Below are positions 1 to 10,548 of a DNA stretch of 59,111 bases, in pieces. The notes under the pieces are model-generated. The model did no database searches and had not been told where the DNA came from. It saw nothing but the letters and a program-made list of their open reading frames with translations. Source of the stretch: Alphaproteobacteria bacterium (GTDB taxonomy: Bacteria; Pseudomonadota; Alphaproteobacteria; Puniceispirillales; Puniceispirillaceae); the NCBI GenBank assembly GCA_011524735.1, contig WTJS01000127.1, forward strand, positions 4,652 through 63,762, read 5' to 3'. The position numbers and the translations under genes were made by a program. Positions within the stretch are counted from its first letter, which is position 1. Every line of letters starts with the position of its first letter.

Positions 1-498
1 CGTGACGTCGTGACCGAAGTCAGCAAAGACTACCCAGAAGTCGAACTATCCCACATGTACGCAGACAACGGCGCGATGCAGCTTGTCCGTGCACCTAAGC
101 AATTTGACGTGATCTATACCGACAACCTGTTCGGGGACATCCTATCCGATTGTGCTGCGATGTTAACTGGTTCGCTTGGCATGCTTCCATCGGCATCGCT
201 TGGCGCGCCCGACCCGGAAACTGGCCTGCCAAAGGCAATGTATGAGCCAGTCCACGGATCTGCTCCAGATATCGCAGGTCAGGGTATCGCCAATCCGCTG
301 GCACAGTTCCAGAGTTTTGCAATGCTGCTGCGTTACAGCTTTGACCAGGGTGCCGAGGCCGACCTTCTCGAAGCAGCCGTTGATGCGGCGCTGAAGACAA
401 CGCGGACTGGCGACATCATGGCTCCTGGCTGTACACAGACTGGCACTGAAGGCATGACCAAGGCTGTGATTGACGAAATGGATCGTCTGGCGCGCTAG
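1..498 (+). CDS. leuB: 3-isopropylmalate dehydrogenase, 5'-truncated by window edge
   Basis: Frame open from base 1; motifs [41 protein letters not shown]; upstream of asd. Confidence 0.96.
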   Translation, partial: RDVVTEVSKDYPEVELSHMYADNGAMQLVRAPKQFDVIYTDNLFGDILSDCAAMLTGSLGMLPSASLGAPDPETGLPKAMYEPVHGSAPDIAGQGIANPLAQFQSFAMLLRYSFDQGAEADLLEAAVDAALKTTRTGDIMAPGCTQTGTEGMTKAVIDEMDRLAR

Positions 499-585
499 TC
501 AGACCATGTGACGATACCGAAATATCTTTGCGCCGGCGGAAGGTGATGAGGCCGCTGCGGATAGGTCGGATGAACAGAGGATAAA

Positions 586-1620
586 ATGGGATATAGAGTT
601 GCTGTAGTCGGCGCAACAGGCGCCGTTGGACGTGAAATGCTGCAGACATTGGCTGAGCGGAATTTTCCGGCTGACAAAGTGCATGCGGTGGCGTCAGCAC
701 GCTCGGCTGGACGGGAAGTATCGTTCGGCGAGGATGAGGTACTAACCGTTTCCTCGCTCGATAAGTTTGATTTCTCGGAAGTTGACATCGCATTGTTCTC
801 TGCGGGAGGTGCGACCTCCAAGGACGTGGCCCCCCGCGCTGGTGAGGCAGGCTGTATCGTCATCGATAATTCCTCTGCCTTCCGCATGGATGCTGATGTC
901 CCGTTGATCGTCCCGGAAGTGAACGCCGATGCCGTGGATGGCGCTCTGCCTGCAAATGGCGGCCGAAACATCATTGCCAATCCAAACTGTTCAACCGCGC
1001 AGCTTGTTGTTGCGCTGAAGCCGCTTCACGATGCCTATGGCGTCAAGAGAGTTGTGGTGTCGACCTATCAGGCAGTTTCAGGAGCCGGTAAGGGTGGCAT
1101 GGACGAATTGTTTAATCAGACACGTGGGATTTATGTAAATGAACCTGCGCGGCCTGAACAGTTCACCAAGCAGATTGCCTTTAATGCTATTCCGCATATC
1201 GATGTCTTCATGGATGACGGTTTCACCAAGGAAGAGTGGAAAATGACCGTCGAGACGAAGAAAATTCTCGACCCTGCCATTGATCTGGTGGCGCATTGTG
1301 TCCGCATCCCGGTTTTCATCGGGCATAGCGAGGCGGTTTTCATCGAGACTGACAAGCCGATTGATGAAAATGCAGCACGCGATCTTCTACGTAATGCACC
1401 TGGGGTGACCGTGATCGATCATCGGGCAAATGAAGGCTATGTGACGCCGCATGAATGTGCCGGTGAGGATGCTGTTTTCATCAGCCGTCTGCGGTCAGAT
1501 CCATCCGTAGAGAACGGGCTCGTTTTCTGGTGTGTATCGGATAACCTGCGCAAGGGCGCGGCGCTGAACTCGGTCCAGATTGCCGAACTGGTTGCCGCCC
1601 GCGGTATGTCTGGGCGTTAA
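586..1620 (+). CDS. asd: Aspartate-semialdehyde dehydrogenase
   Basis: VGATGAVG Rossmann motif, IDNSSAFRM, NPNCST catalytic Cys, DNLRKGAALN; GAGG RBS upstream. Confidence 0.98.
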   Translation: MGYRVAVVGATGAVGREMLQTLAERNFPADKVHAVASARSAGREVSFGEDEVLTVSSLDKFDFSEVDIALFSAGGATSKDVAPRAGEAGCIVIDNSSAFRMDADVPLIVPEVNADAVDGALPANGGRNIIANPNCSTAQLVVALKPLHDAYGVKRVVVSTYQAVSGAGKGGMDELFNQTRGIYVNEPARPEQFTKQIAFNAIPHIDVFMDDGFTKEEWKMTVETKKILDPAIDLVAHCVRIPVFIGHSEAVFIETDKPIDENAARDLLRNAPGVTVIDHRANEGYVTPHECAGEDAVFISRLRSDPSVENGLVFWCVSDNLRKGAALNSVQIAELVAARGMSGR

Positions 1621-1645
1621 GCCCTGCGCCGTCTGGCCGGTGCTG

Positions 1646-2461
1646 TCAGGGGCAAATGACTGATAGGCTTTCCAGAAGGGCAAGATCGCGGCTGGTTGGG
1701 CTTGCCGCCAGGATGGTCTGTGCCTGATGGCATGCCGTCTGGAAGGCTGAATGAATATCCTGTCCTGAGGTAAGGTGACCGGCAAGCAGAGCTGTCAGCA
1801 AGTCACCGCCTCCCGCTACATTTCTGGCGCCAGCTTGAGCAGGGTGCCAGTCGGTGCCGCCTTCACGCGTCACGAGCAGATCACCAACCCCTGATGCTGT
1901 GACTACCCCAGTGGCAATCACAGCCTGCAAGCCATGTTGGTCAATCAATAGCTGTGCGGTCTGATGTGCGCTGCTGTCAGACGCGCCACCGTCTGGCTGC
2001 TCATGGTTGGCAAGATAGAACAGCTCAAACTGATTCGGTGTGATGATGTCTGCCTTTGGAAGCAGATCACTGACAAGGCCATCCGCCAGTTCTGGCGTGA
2101 CATATAGACGCCCACCATCCCCGAGTACCGGATCCAAAATATACAGGCTGTCTTCCTGCTTTTCCCATTCATCAAGGAAAGTTGTGATGGGATCAATCTG
2201 GTCTGCATGCCCAAGATATCCGGTGATCACGCTGTCGATATGTGCTGGGGCGATTAACGTGGATAGCTCGCACAAGACATCGTTGATAATTGGCGCCGGA
2301 ATCGCCCCGCCAGCTCGTTTGCCATATCCCAGGTGAGCTGCCAGCTGGACGGTATCAATCATCATCGGGTGATGACCCAGCGCTGTCAGTACGGGTCCGG
2401 CGACACTGTTTCCGACAAACCCGGCGGTGACGGCTGACTGAATGGAGAGAATGGTTTTCAT
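1646..2461 (-). CDS. pdxK: Pyridoxal kinase (PdxK/PdxY family, ribokinase fold)
   Basis: ILSIQS..G.VGN N-terminus, TGYLG, DPVLGDGG.LYV, TPNQFEL, GGGD (variant of GTGD anion hole). Confidence 0.85.
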   Translation of the reverse strand: MKTILSIQSAVTAGFVGNSVAGPVLTALGHHPMMIDTVQLAAHLGYGKRAGGAIPAPIINDVLCELSTLIAPAHIDSVITGYLGHADQIDPITTFLDEWEKQEDSLYILDPVLGDGGRLYVTPELADGLVSDLLPKADIITPNQFELFYLANHEQPDGGASDSSAHQTAQLLIDQHGLQAVIATGVVTASGVGDLLVTREGGTDWHPAQAGARNVAGGGDLLTALLAGHLTSGQDIHSAFQTACHQAQTILAASPTSRDLALLESLSVICP

Positions 2462-2550
2462 GATTTGATCTTGTCTCTGAAAATGGGGTTATGAGGCAAC
2501 CCCATTCTGGCCAGCTGTGCGAGATGGTACTATCTTTCCGACCTTTCAGA

Positions 2551-2580
2551 TTGACTAAACCCTTGCTGCCGCCTTACATT
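2551..2580 (+). promoter_or_regulatory. Candidate sigma70 promoter of sdh operon
   Basis: TTGACT (2551-2556), 18-nt spacer, TACATT (2575-2580), 38 nt before the sdhC ATG. Confidence 0.5.
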
Positions 2581-2618
2581 CCGCGCCATAGGTGCCAAAC
2601 AAAATAAGGAAGTTCGTG

Positions 2619-2996
2619 ATGGCGCAGGATCGCCCGTTGTCACCGCATCTGCAGGTATATCGCCCGCAGCTGACCTCCATGATGTCCATTGCTCATCGCG
2701 CCACCGGCGTCGCTCTGACGACCGGAACAATCGTTCTGGCAGCGTGGATTATTTCCCTGGCGCTTGGTGCTGATGCTTACGCGCTGACGGCGTCGCTTTT
2801 GGCGCATCCGTTGGGGCAATTTGTCCTATTCGGCTACTCTGCCGCGCTGATCTACCATGCTCTCAATGGTGTCAGGCATATTTCGTGGGATCTTGGGTTT
2901 GGTTTGACAATCCCACAGGTATATCGCACAGGCCGTGCGGTTCTTCTTGCCACCATGATCCTGACTGCGGCCCTGTGGTCTGCAGTTTGGATGTAG
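2619..2996 (+). CDS. sdhC: Succinate dehydrogenase cytochrome b556 subunit
   Basis: RPLSPHLQVYRPQ, SIAHRATG, YH.LNGVRH..WD; ATG at 2619. Confidence 0.96.
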   Translation: MAQDRPLSPHLQVYRPQLTSMMSIAHRATGVALTTGTIVLAAWIISLALGADAYALTASLLAHPLGQFVLFGYSAALIYHALNGVRHISWDLGFGLTIPQVYRTGRAVLLATMILTAALWSAVWM

Positions 2997-3007
2997 GGAG
3001 CTGGATC

Positions 3008-3373
3008 ATGGCTGAATATCCTGCAGGCATTTCCTATCGTCGCCGGATCTCGGGTGTAGGTCACTGGCGATGGCAACGTTTCAGTGCAGTCGCTGTGCTG
3101 GCTCTGATGGCGTATTTTGTCGTAACGCTTGCAATGATTGGTGGCATGGACCATGGCGCAGCGATGGAATTTGTTGGGGCGCCTGCAAATGCAATGGCGC
3201 TGACAGTGCTTCTGGTCATTGGTCTTTGGCATGGGACAATGGGTCTCGAGGTTGTGATTGAGGATTACATCACCATCTCAGGCGGACGTAAGGCGGCTCT
3301 TGTTGTCATGCGGGCCGCCATGAGTCTGATTGCATTGGCATCATTGTGGGCGATGGCAAAAATCGCGCTCTAG
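3008..3373 (+). CDS. sdhD: Succinate dehydrogenase hydrophobic anchor subunit
   Basis: HW..QRFSA, heme His in WHG.MG, VIEDY; three TM segments; GGAG RBS; lies between sdhC and sdhA. Confidence 0.93.
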   Translation: MAEYPAGISYRRRISGVGHWRWQRFSAVAVLALMAYFVVTLAMIGGMDHGAAMEFVGAPANAMALTVLLVIGLWHGTMGLEVVIEDYITISGGRKAALVVMRAAMSLIALASLWAMAKIAL

Positions 3374-3449
3374 CGTTGGGTTGAGTGTAAACAGCCACAC
3401 AGGCACTGAGACTGTGATGGCAGATGATATTTGTTGGAAAGGCAGACTT

Positions 3450-5240
3450 ATGTCGGCTTATGAAATTACCGATCATCATTACGACGTTGTGGTTGTTGGC
3501 GCTGGAGGGGCGGGTCTTCGCGCCACACTTGGCATGGCAGCATCCGGCCTGAAAACAGCCTGTATCACCAAGGTGTTTCCAACCCGCTCACATACCGTGG
3601 CTGCTCAGGGCGGCATTGGCGCTGCGCTTAATAACATGGGCGAAGGCGACAACTGGCAATACCACATGTATGACACCGTGAAGGGGTCCGACTGGCTGGG
3701 CGATCAGGATGCAATTGAATATATGTGCCGTAATGCTATTCCGTCCGTCATTGAGCTGGAAAATTATGGTGTGCCGTTTTCACGTACCGAAGAAGGCAAG
3801 ATCTACCAGCGTCCATTTGGTGGCCATACGCTGGACTATGGCAAGTCAATGGCGCGGCGCGCTTGCGCGGCTGCCGACCGTACAGGCCATGCCATTCTGC
3901 ATACGCTGTATCAGCAGTGCCTGAAGCATCAGGCCCATTTTCACATTGAATATTTTGCCCTCGATCTGCTGATGACAGATGATGGTGAATGCGCCGGTAT
4001 CATTGCCCTGTGTATGGAAGATGGCACGCTGCATCGCTTCTGGGGTCAGCAGACGGTGCTGGCAACAGGCGGATATGGCCGCGTTTATTTCTCCTGCACG
4101 TCGGCGCACACTTGTACTGGTGACGGCAACGCCATGGCGCTTCGTGCTGGTCTGCCGCTGCAGGATATGGAGTTTGTTCAGTTCCACCCGACTGGCGTTT
4201 ATGGTGCCGGTGTTCTGATTACTGAAGGCGCACGCGGGGAAGGTGGATATCTTACCAATTCTGAAGGCGAGCGTTTCATGGAGCGCTTCGCTCCCACCGC
4301 CAAGGATCTGGCAAGCCGAGATGTTGTCAGCCGCGCCATGACCATCGAAATCAACGAAGGACGTGGTGTTGGCCCCAACAAGGATCACATCATGCTGCAT
4401 CTTGAGCATATTGATGCTGATACGCTGCATCAGCGTCTGCCGGGGATCACCGAAACAGCGCGTATTTTCTGCGGCGTAGATGTGACCCGTGAGCCGATCC
4501 CAGTGCTGCCAACAGTGCATTACAATATGGGTGGCATTCCCACTAACTATCATGGCGAAGTGATTTCGGCTGCCAATGGCAATGAAAACTCCACTGTCCC
4601 TGGCCTGATGGCCATTGGCGAAGCAGCCTGTGTGTCGGTGCATGGTGCGAACCGTCTTGGCACCAATTCACTGCTGGACATCGTTGTGTTTGGACGCGCT
4701 GCTGCACATCGCGCTGCCGAGACATGCACCCCGGGAGGCCCAGCGCGTAGCGCACCACAGGCGGCAACCGACAAGGCGTTGGAACGCTTTGACCGTATGC
4801 GCCACGCCAGCGGTGAGGCGGGAGCTGCCGGCATTCGCCTCGAAATGCAGCAGGCTATGCAGCGCCATGCGGCTGTTTTCCGTTCGTCAGAATCACTGAG
4901 CGATGGCGTCGCGACCATGGACAAAGTTGCAGCGCAGATGGGTGACATTGGGGTCAAAGACAAATCACTGATCTGGAACACTGACCTTGTCGAAGCGCTT
5001 GAGTTGGAAAATCTGATGGGTCAGGCGCTTGTAACGATCCGATCCGCCGACCAGCGTCAGGAATCACGCGGTGCGCACGCGCATGAGGATTGGCCTGAGC
5101 GTGATGATGAGAACTGGATGAAGCACACCGTGATGTGGCTTGACGAAAATAACAAGTCAAAGCTCGATTACCGCGGCGTGGTGATGAACACGCTCAGCAA
5201 TGATGTGGCGCCAATTCCACCGGCACCACGCGTTTACTGA
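3450..5240 (+). CDS. sdhA: Succinate dehydrogenase flavoprotein subunit
   Basis: [16 protein letters not shown] covalent-FAD His, [17 protein letters not shown]. Confidence 0.99.
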   Translation: MSAYEITDHHYDVVVVGAGGAGLRATLGMAASGLKTACITKVFPTRSHTVAAQGGIGAALNNMGEGDNWQYHMYDTVKGSDWLGDQDAIEYMCRNAIPSVIELENYGVPFSRTEEGKIYQRPFGGHTLDYGKSMARRACAAADRTGHAILHTLYQQCLKHQAHFHIEYFALDLLMTDDGECAGIIALCMEDGTLHRFWGQQTVLATGGYGRVYFSCTSAHTCTGDGNAMALRAGLPLQDMEFVQFHPTGVYGAGVLITEGARGEGGYLTNSEGERFMERFAPTAKDLASRDVVSRAMTIEINEGRGVGPNKDHIMLHLEHIDADTLHQRLPGITETARIFCGVDVTREPIPVLPTVHYNMGGIPTNYHGEVISAANGNENSTVPGLMAIGEAACVSVHGANRLGTNSLLDIVVFGRAAAHRAAETCTPGGPARSAPQAATDKALERFDRMRHASGEAGAAGIRLEMQQAMQRHAAVFRSSESLSDGVATMDKVAAQMGDIGVKDKSLIWNTDLVEALELENLMGQALVTIRSADQRQESRGAHAHEDWPERDDENWMKHTVMWLDENNKSKLDYRGVVMNTLSNDVAPIPPAPRVY

Positions 5241-5271
5241 CGGCTGTATTTTTAGGGGGGGCATCAATCCC

Positions 5272-6048
5272 ATGGCTGAATTCACTCTGCCTGCCAATTC
5301 CAAGATTTCCGGCGGTGACCACTATCCGGCTCAGGATGGTGCGTCGAATGTCCGTACATTCAAAATCTACCGCTGGTCGCCTGATGATGATGCCAATCCG
5401 CGCATCGACAGCTTCGATGTTGATCTGGATGATTGCGGACCGATGGTTCTGGACGCGCTGATCAAGATCAAGAGCGAACAGGATAGCAGCCTGACCTTCC
5501 GCCGTTCCTGTCGCGAGGGAATTTGCGGCTCCTGCTCGATGAACATTGACGGCACCAACACTTTGGCCTGTCTGAAGAGTATCGATGACGTCAAAGGTGA
5601 TGTGAAAATTTTTCCGCTGCCGCATATGCCGGTGGTTAAGGATCTGGTGCCTGATCTCAGTAATGCCTATCGCCAGCTGGCATCGATTGAGCCATGGTTG
5701 AAAGCTGACAAGGACGCTCCGGAAGGTGAAGAGCGTCGGCAGTCCCCTGAAGAGCGTGAAAAGCTCGACGGCCTTTGGGAATGTGTTCTGTGCTTCAGCT
5801 GTTCCACGGCCTGCCCAAGCTATTGGTGGAATTCAGATGAGTATCTGGGGCCAGCTGTTCTGCTTCAGGCCTACCGTTGGGTGGCAGACAGCCGCGATGA
5901 CAACACCAGCGAGCGTCTTGATGCGCTGGATGACAGTTTTGCACTGTATCGCTGCCATACCATCATGAACTGCGCCAAGACATGTCCAAAGGGACTGAAC
6001 CCTGGCAAGGCTATCGCCAGCATTAAGAGCGAGATCGCAGCCCGCTAA
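5272..6048 (+). CDS. sdhB: Succinate dehydrogenase iron-sulfur subunit
   Basis: [34 protein letters not shown] clusters. Confidence 0.99.
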   Translation: MAEFTLPANSKISGGDHYPAQDGASNVRTFKIYRWSPDDDANPRIDSFDVDLDDCGPMVLDALIKIKSEQDSSLTFRRSCREGICGSCSMNIDGTNTLACLKSIDDVKGDVKIFPLPHMPVVKDLVPDLSNAYRQLASIEPWLKADKDAPEGEERRQSPEEREKLDGLWECVLCFSCSTACPSYWWNSDEYLGPAVLLQAYRWVADSRDDNTSERLDALDDSFALYRCHTIMNCAKTCPKGLNPGKAIASIKSEIAAR

Positions 6049-6162
6049 TCCAGGGGGCTGACCGTCCGGCTGATCACAGATCCTTGCCGAGACGCTCTGG
6101 TGCTTGGATGCTCGTCACGTTAGGTTTGCGGCGTTGTCTCAGGGTGCCTGGTAAAAACAGAC

Positions 6163-7269
6163 ATGGCCAATTTTTCATCTAAGCCTGAAGCGGGTGTGTG
6201 TGCTGCCCTGAATGCGAGAATTGACGCAGCTGAGCTGTCTGCCGATGCTGGCCAGATGGCTGTTGCGACGGCTTTGGATGCCTGCCTGGAAACGCTTGCG
6301 ACACGACCGCAACGCAGCTGGTTTTCCCGTCTGACTGCAAGACAGCCTGTGTCGGCAGCGCGGGGGATGTATATCCACGGTGGCGTCGGACGGGGTAAGA
6401 CCATGCTGATGGACATGTTTCATCAGCAGCTTCTATCCAGTGGACAGCGTGACAGTACATTCCGTTTGCACTTCCATGATTTTATGGTGATGGCACAGGA
6501 CCTGATCCATGCAGCGCGGGAGAAGGGCAGCGCTGACCCGATTGAAGCCGCTGCAGATTCGCTGGCAGCTCGCGGCAGGGTCATGTGTTTTGACGAAATG
6601 GAAGTCCGTGACATTGCGGATGCGATGATTTTGGCGCGGCTGTTCACTGCCCTGTTCGTGCGCGATGTAACCGTGATAGCGACATCCAATAGGCACCCCG
6701 ATGATCTCTATAAGAACGGCCTGCACCGCGACAGATTTCTGCCCTTTATCGAGCTGTTGAAAACACGCTGTCAGATTTTTGCAATCAGTGACGGACAGGA
6801 CTGGCGCGCGTCGATGCTGGCAGATTTGCCAGCATGGTATGTACCGGACGACGCGCATGCGACAGCGGCGCTTGATGCCGCGTTTGCACGGTTGACCTCT
6901 TCTGGAGAGGTGACATCGGAAGTCATTCGTGTTGCTGGTCGCGAAATTCAGTTCGATGCTGTGGCTGGCGACGTGGCCCGTGTTGGCTTTGCTGCCCTGT
7001 GTGAGACGCCACTTGCGGCGCGTGACTATTTGGCGATTGCGAGTCGTTTTGCCGGTCTTTTCATCGATCATGTGCCTATGTTCGATGATACTGCAGAGGC
7101 GTCAGCACGACGGTTCATGTGGTTGATTGATGCGCTCTATGACAGGCAAAGGTTTGTGATCGCCTCGTCAGCGGCTCCCATCGAAGATCTCTATGATGGA
7201 TATCATTTCAAATTTGAATTTGATCGCACCTGTTCTCGGCTTGGTGAAATGACCCGCCGTGTGACCTAG
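6163..7269 (+). CDS. zapE: AFG1/ZapE family ATPase
   Basis: GGVGRGKT Walker A, HFHDFM, CFDEM Walker B, TSNRHPDDLY.NGL; usual position before mdh. Confidence 0.92.
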   Translation: MANFSSKPEAGVCAALNARIDAAELSADAGQMAVATALDACLETLATRPQRSWFSRLTARQPVSAARGMYIHGGVGRGKTMLMDMFHQQLLSSGQRDSTFRLHFHDFMVMAQDLIHAAREKGSADPIEAAADSLAARGRVMCFDEMEVRDIADAMILARLFTALFVRDVTVIATSNRHPDDLYKNGLHRDRFLPFIELLKTRCQIFAISDGQDWRASMLADLPAWYVPDDAHATAALDAAFARLTSSGEVTSEVIRVAGREIQFDAVAGDVARVGFAALCETPLAARDYLAIASRFAGLFIDHVPMFDDTAEASARRFMWLIDALYDRQRFVIASSAAPIEDLYDGYHFKFEFDRTCSRLGEMTRRVT

Positions 7270-7369
7270 CCTCAAACCGACAAATTTTCGTCTAACCATG
7301 CTCAAAATTGGGGAATTCTGCTTGTTTAGACAGGCATTATTCGCTACACCCTGCGCAAATCTTCGCTGA

Positions 7370-8377
<1,008 letters not shown>

Positions 8378-8418
8378 TGTGTAGCGCAGGCGGGTGCCTG
8401 CATCTGTGGGGGTGAATA

Positions 8419-9579
8419 ATGAATATTCATGAGCATCAGGCCAAGGGCCTGCTGGCAGGATATGGTGTATCCGTGCCGCAGGGTAAGCCTGCCTTCTCTG
8501 TTGACGAAGCTGTTGCTGGTGCTGAGGCCCTAGGCGGCCCAGTCTATGTTGTCAAGGCGCAGATCCATGCCGGTGGCCGCGGCAAGGCTGGCGGCGTTAA
8601 AGTCGTCAAATCTGTTGATGAGGTGCGCGAGGTTGCTACCGAGCTTCTTGGCAAGACCCTTGTTACTCACCAGACAGGCCCACAGGGCCGCGAGGTCAAG
8701 CGCCTCTATATTGAAGAAGGCTGTGATATTGCTGATGAGCTGTATCTGTCGCTGCTTGTCGATCGCGCGACAAGCCGGATCACCATCATCGCGTCAAGTG
8801 AAGGTGGCATGGATATCGAAGAGGTTGCGGAATCGCAGCCTGACAAGATTCTGTCTGTCAGCATCGATCCTGCCACTGGGCTTCAGGGGCATCACTGCCG
8901 CCGCATCGCTGGGGTCATGGGGCTGAGCGGGGCGACCGCCAAGCAGCTTCCTAAATTCCTTGCCGGGCTGTTCGATGCGTTCTCCAGCCTTGATGCCAGC
9001 CTTGTAGAAATCAACCCTTTGGTTGTGACTGGTGCTGGTGATCTCCTCGCTCTCGACGCCAAGATGAGCTTTGACGACAATGCCTTGTATCGTCATCCCG
9101 ATGTTCTGGCTCTGCGAGATCTTGATGAAGAAGATCCAGCAGAAGTACGGGCCAGCGAGTTTGAACTGAACTATATCAAGCTTGATGGCAATATCGGCTG
9201 CATGGTGAATGGTGCCGGTCTGGCGATGGCCACTATGGATATTATCCAACTTCGTGGCGGTTCACCTGCCAACTTCCTTGATGTTGGTGGCAGCGCCACC
9301 ACCGAGCGTGTGACTGAGGCCTTCAAGATCATCCTGTCGGATGAAAATGTGAAGGGTATTCTGGTCAATATTTTTGGCGGCATCATGCGGTGTGACATCA
9401 TCGCTGAAGGTGTGGTCAGTGCTGCACGCACTCTGGGGCTGGATAAGCCGCTGGTGGTGCGTCTGGAAGGTACGAACGTCGAGGAAGGCAAGCAGATCAT
9501 GGCTGATAGCGGCCTTGATATCATTCCAGCAGACAATCTGGCAGACGCAGCGACGAAAATCGTCGCCGCCACTGCGTAA
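8419..9579 (+). CDS. sucC: Succinyl-CoA synthetase beta subunit
   Basis: [44 protein letters not shown]. Confidence 0.99.
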   Translation: MNIHEHQAKGLLAGYGVSVPQGKPAFSVDEAVAGAEALGGPVYVVKAQIHAGGRGKAGGVKVVKSVDEVREVATELLGKTLVTHQTGPQGREVKRLYIEEGCDIADELYLSLLVDRATSRITIIASSEGGMDIEEVAESQPDKILSVSIDPATGLQGHHCRRIAGVMGLSGATAKQLPKFLAGLFDAFSSLDASLVEINPLVVTGAGDLLALDAKMSFDDNALYRHPDVLALRDLDEEDPAEVRASEFELNYIKLDGNIGCMVNGAGLAMATMDIIQLRGGSPANFLDVGGSATTERVTEAFKIILSDENVKGILVNIFGGIMRCDIIAEGVVSAARTLGLDKPLVVRLEGTNVEEGKQIMADSGLDIIPADNLADAATKIVAATA

Positions 9580-9592
9580 CGGGGGAAAAGTT

Positions 9593-10474
9593 ATGTCAGT
9601 ACTTGTGAACAGCCAGACACGCGTGATCTGCCAGGGCTTCACCGGCTCGCAGGGCACGTTCCATTCTGAACAGGCGATCGCCTATGGCACCAACATGGTT
9701 GGGGGCGTGACCCCAGGCAAGGGCGGTCAGACGCACCTTGATCTGCCGGTCTTCAATTCGGTTGTCGAAGCCATGGCCGAGACCGAGGCCAATGCGTCGG
9801 TGATCTATGTGCCGCCGCCATTTGCTGCAGACTCAATCCTTGAGGCGATCGATGCTGGGATGCCGCTGATCATTTGCATCACCGAAGGGATCCCTGTCCT
9901 CGACATGGTCAGGGTGAAGCGCGCGCTTGATGCGAGCAACAGCCGCCTGATCGGTCCAAATTGTCCGGGTATCATTACCCCGGGTGAATGCAAGATCGGC
10001 ATCATGCCAGGCCATATTCACAATCCTGGCAAGATCGGGATCGTGTCGCGGTCCGGAACGCTGACCTATGAAGCTGTTGCCCAGACATCGGCAGCTGGCC
10101 TCGGCCAGTCGACCTGTATTGGTATTGGTGGTGACCCGGTCAATGGCACCAACTTCATCGACTGCCTGGAAATGTTCCTTGCTGATGACCAGACCGAAGC
10201 CATTGTGATGATTGGCGAGATCGGTGGGTCAGCTGAGGAAGAGGCGGCAGCTTTCTATGCTGCGCAGCCCAACCAGAAGCCGATTGCGGGCTTCATCGCT
10301 GGTCAGACTGCGCCTCCAGGCCGCCGCATGGGACATGCTGGCGCGATTGTCAGTGGTGGTAGCGGCGCGGCAACTGACAAGATCGGTGCCATGGAAGCGG
10401 CTGGTTTTGAAATGGCTGAGTCGCCTGCCGACATTGGCAATGCTGTGACACGGGCGATTGCGCGCGCAAGCTAA
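9593..10474 (+). CDS. sucD: Succinyl-CoA synthetase alpha subunit
   Basis: [32 protein letters not shown] phospho-His; ATG 9593. Confidence 0.99.
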   Translation: MSVLVNSQTRVICQGFTGSQGTFHSEQAIAYGTNMVGGVTPGKGGQTHLDLPVFNSVVEAMAETEANASVIYVPPPFAADSILEAIDAGMPLIICITEGIPVLDMVRVKRALDASNSRLIGPNCPGIITPGECKIGIMPGHIHNPGKIGIVSRSGTLTYEAVAQTSAAGLGQSTCIGIGGDPVNGTNFIDCLEMFLADDQTEAIVMIGEIGGSAEEEAAAFYAAQPNQKPIAGFIAGQTAPPGRRMGHAGAIVSGGSGAATDKIGAMEAAGFEMAESPADIGNAVTRAIARAS

Positions 10475-10548
10475 CGGTGTTGACGGCTTGAATCTCAGGC
10501 GCGAAGCCCTAGACTGGTCGACATAACAAATGAACAGGTGCTTTTAAC

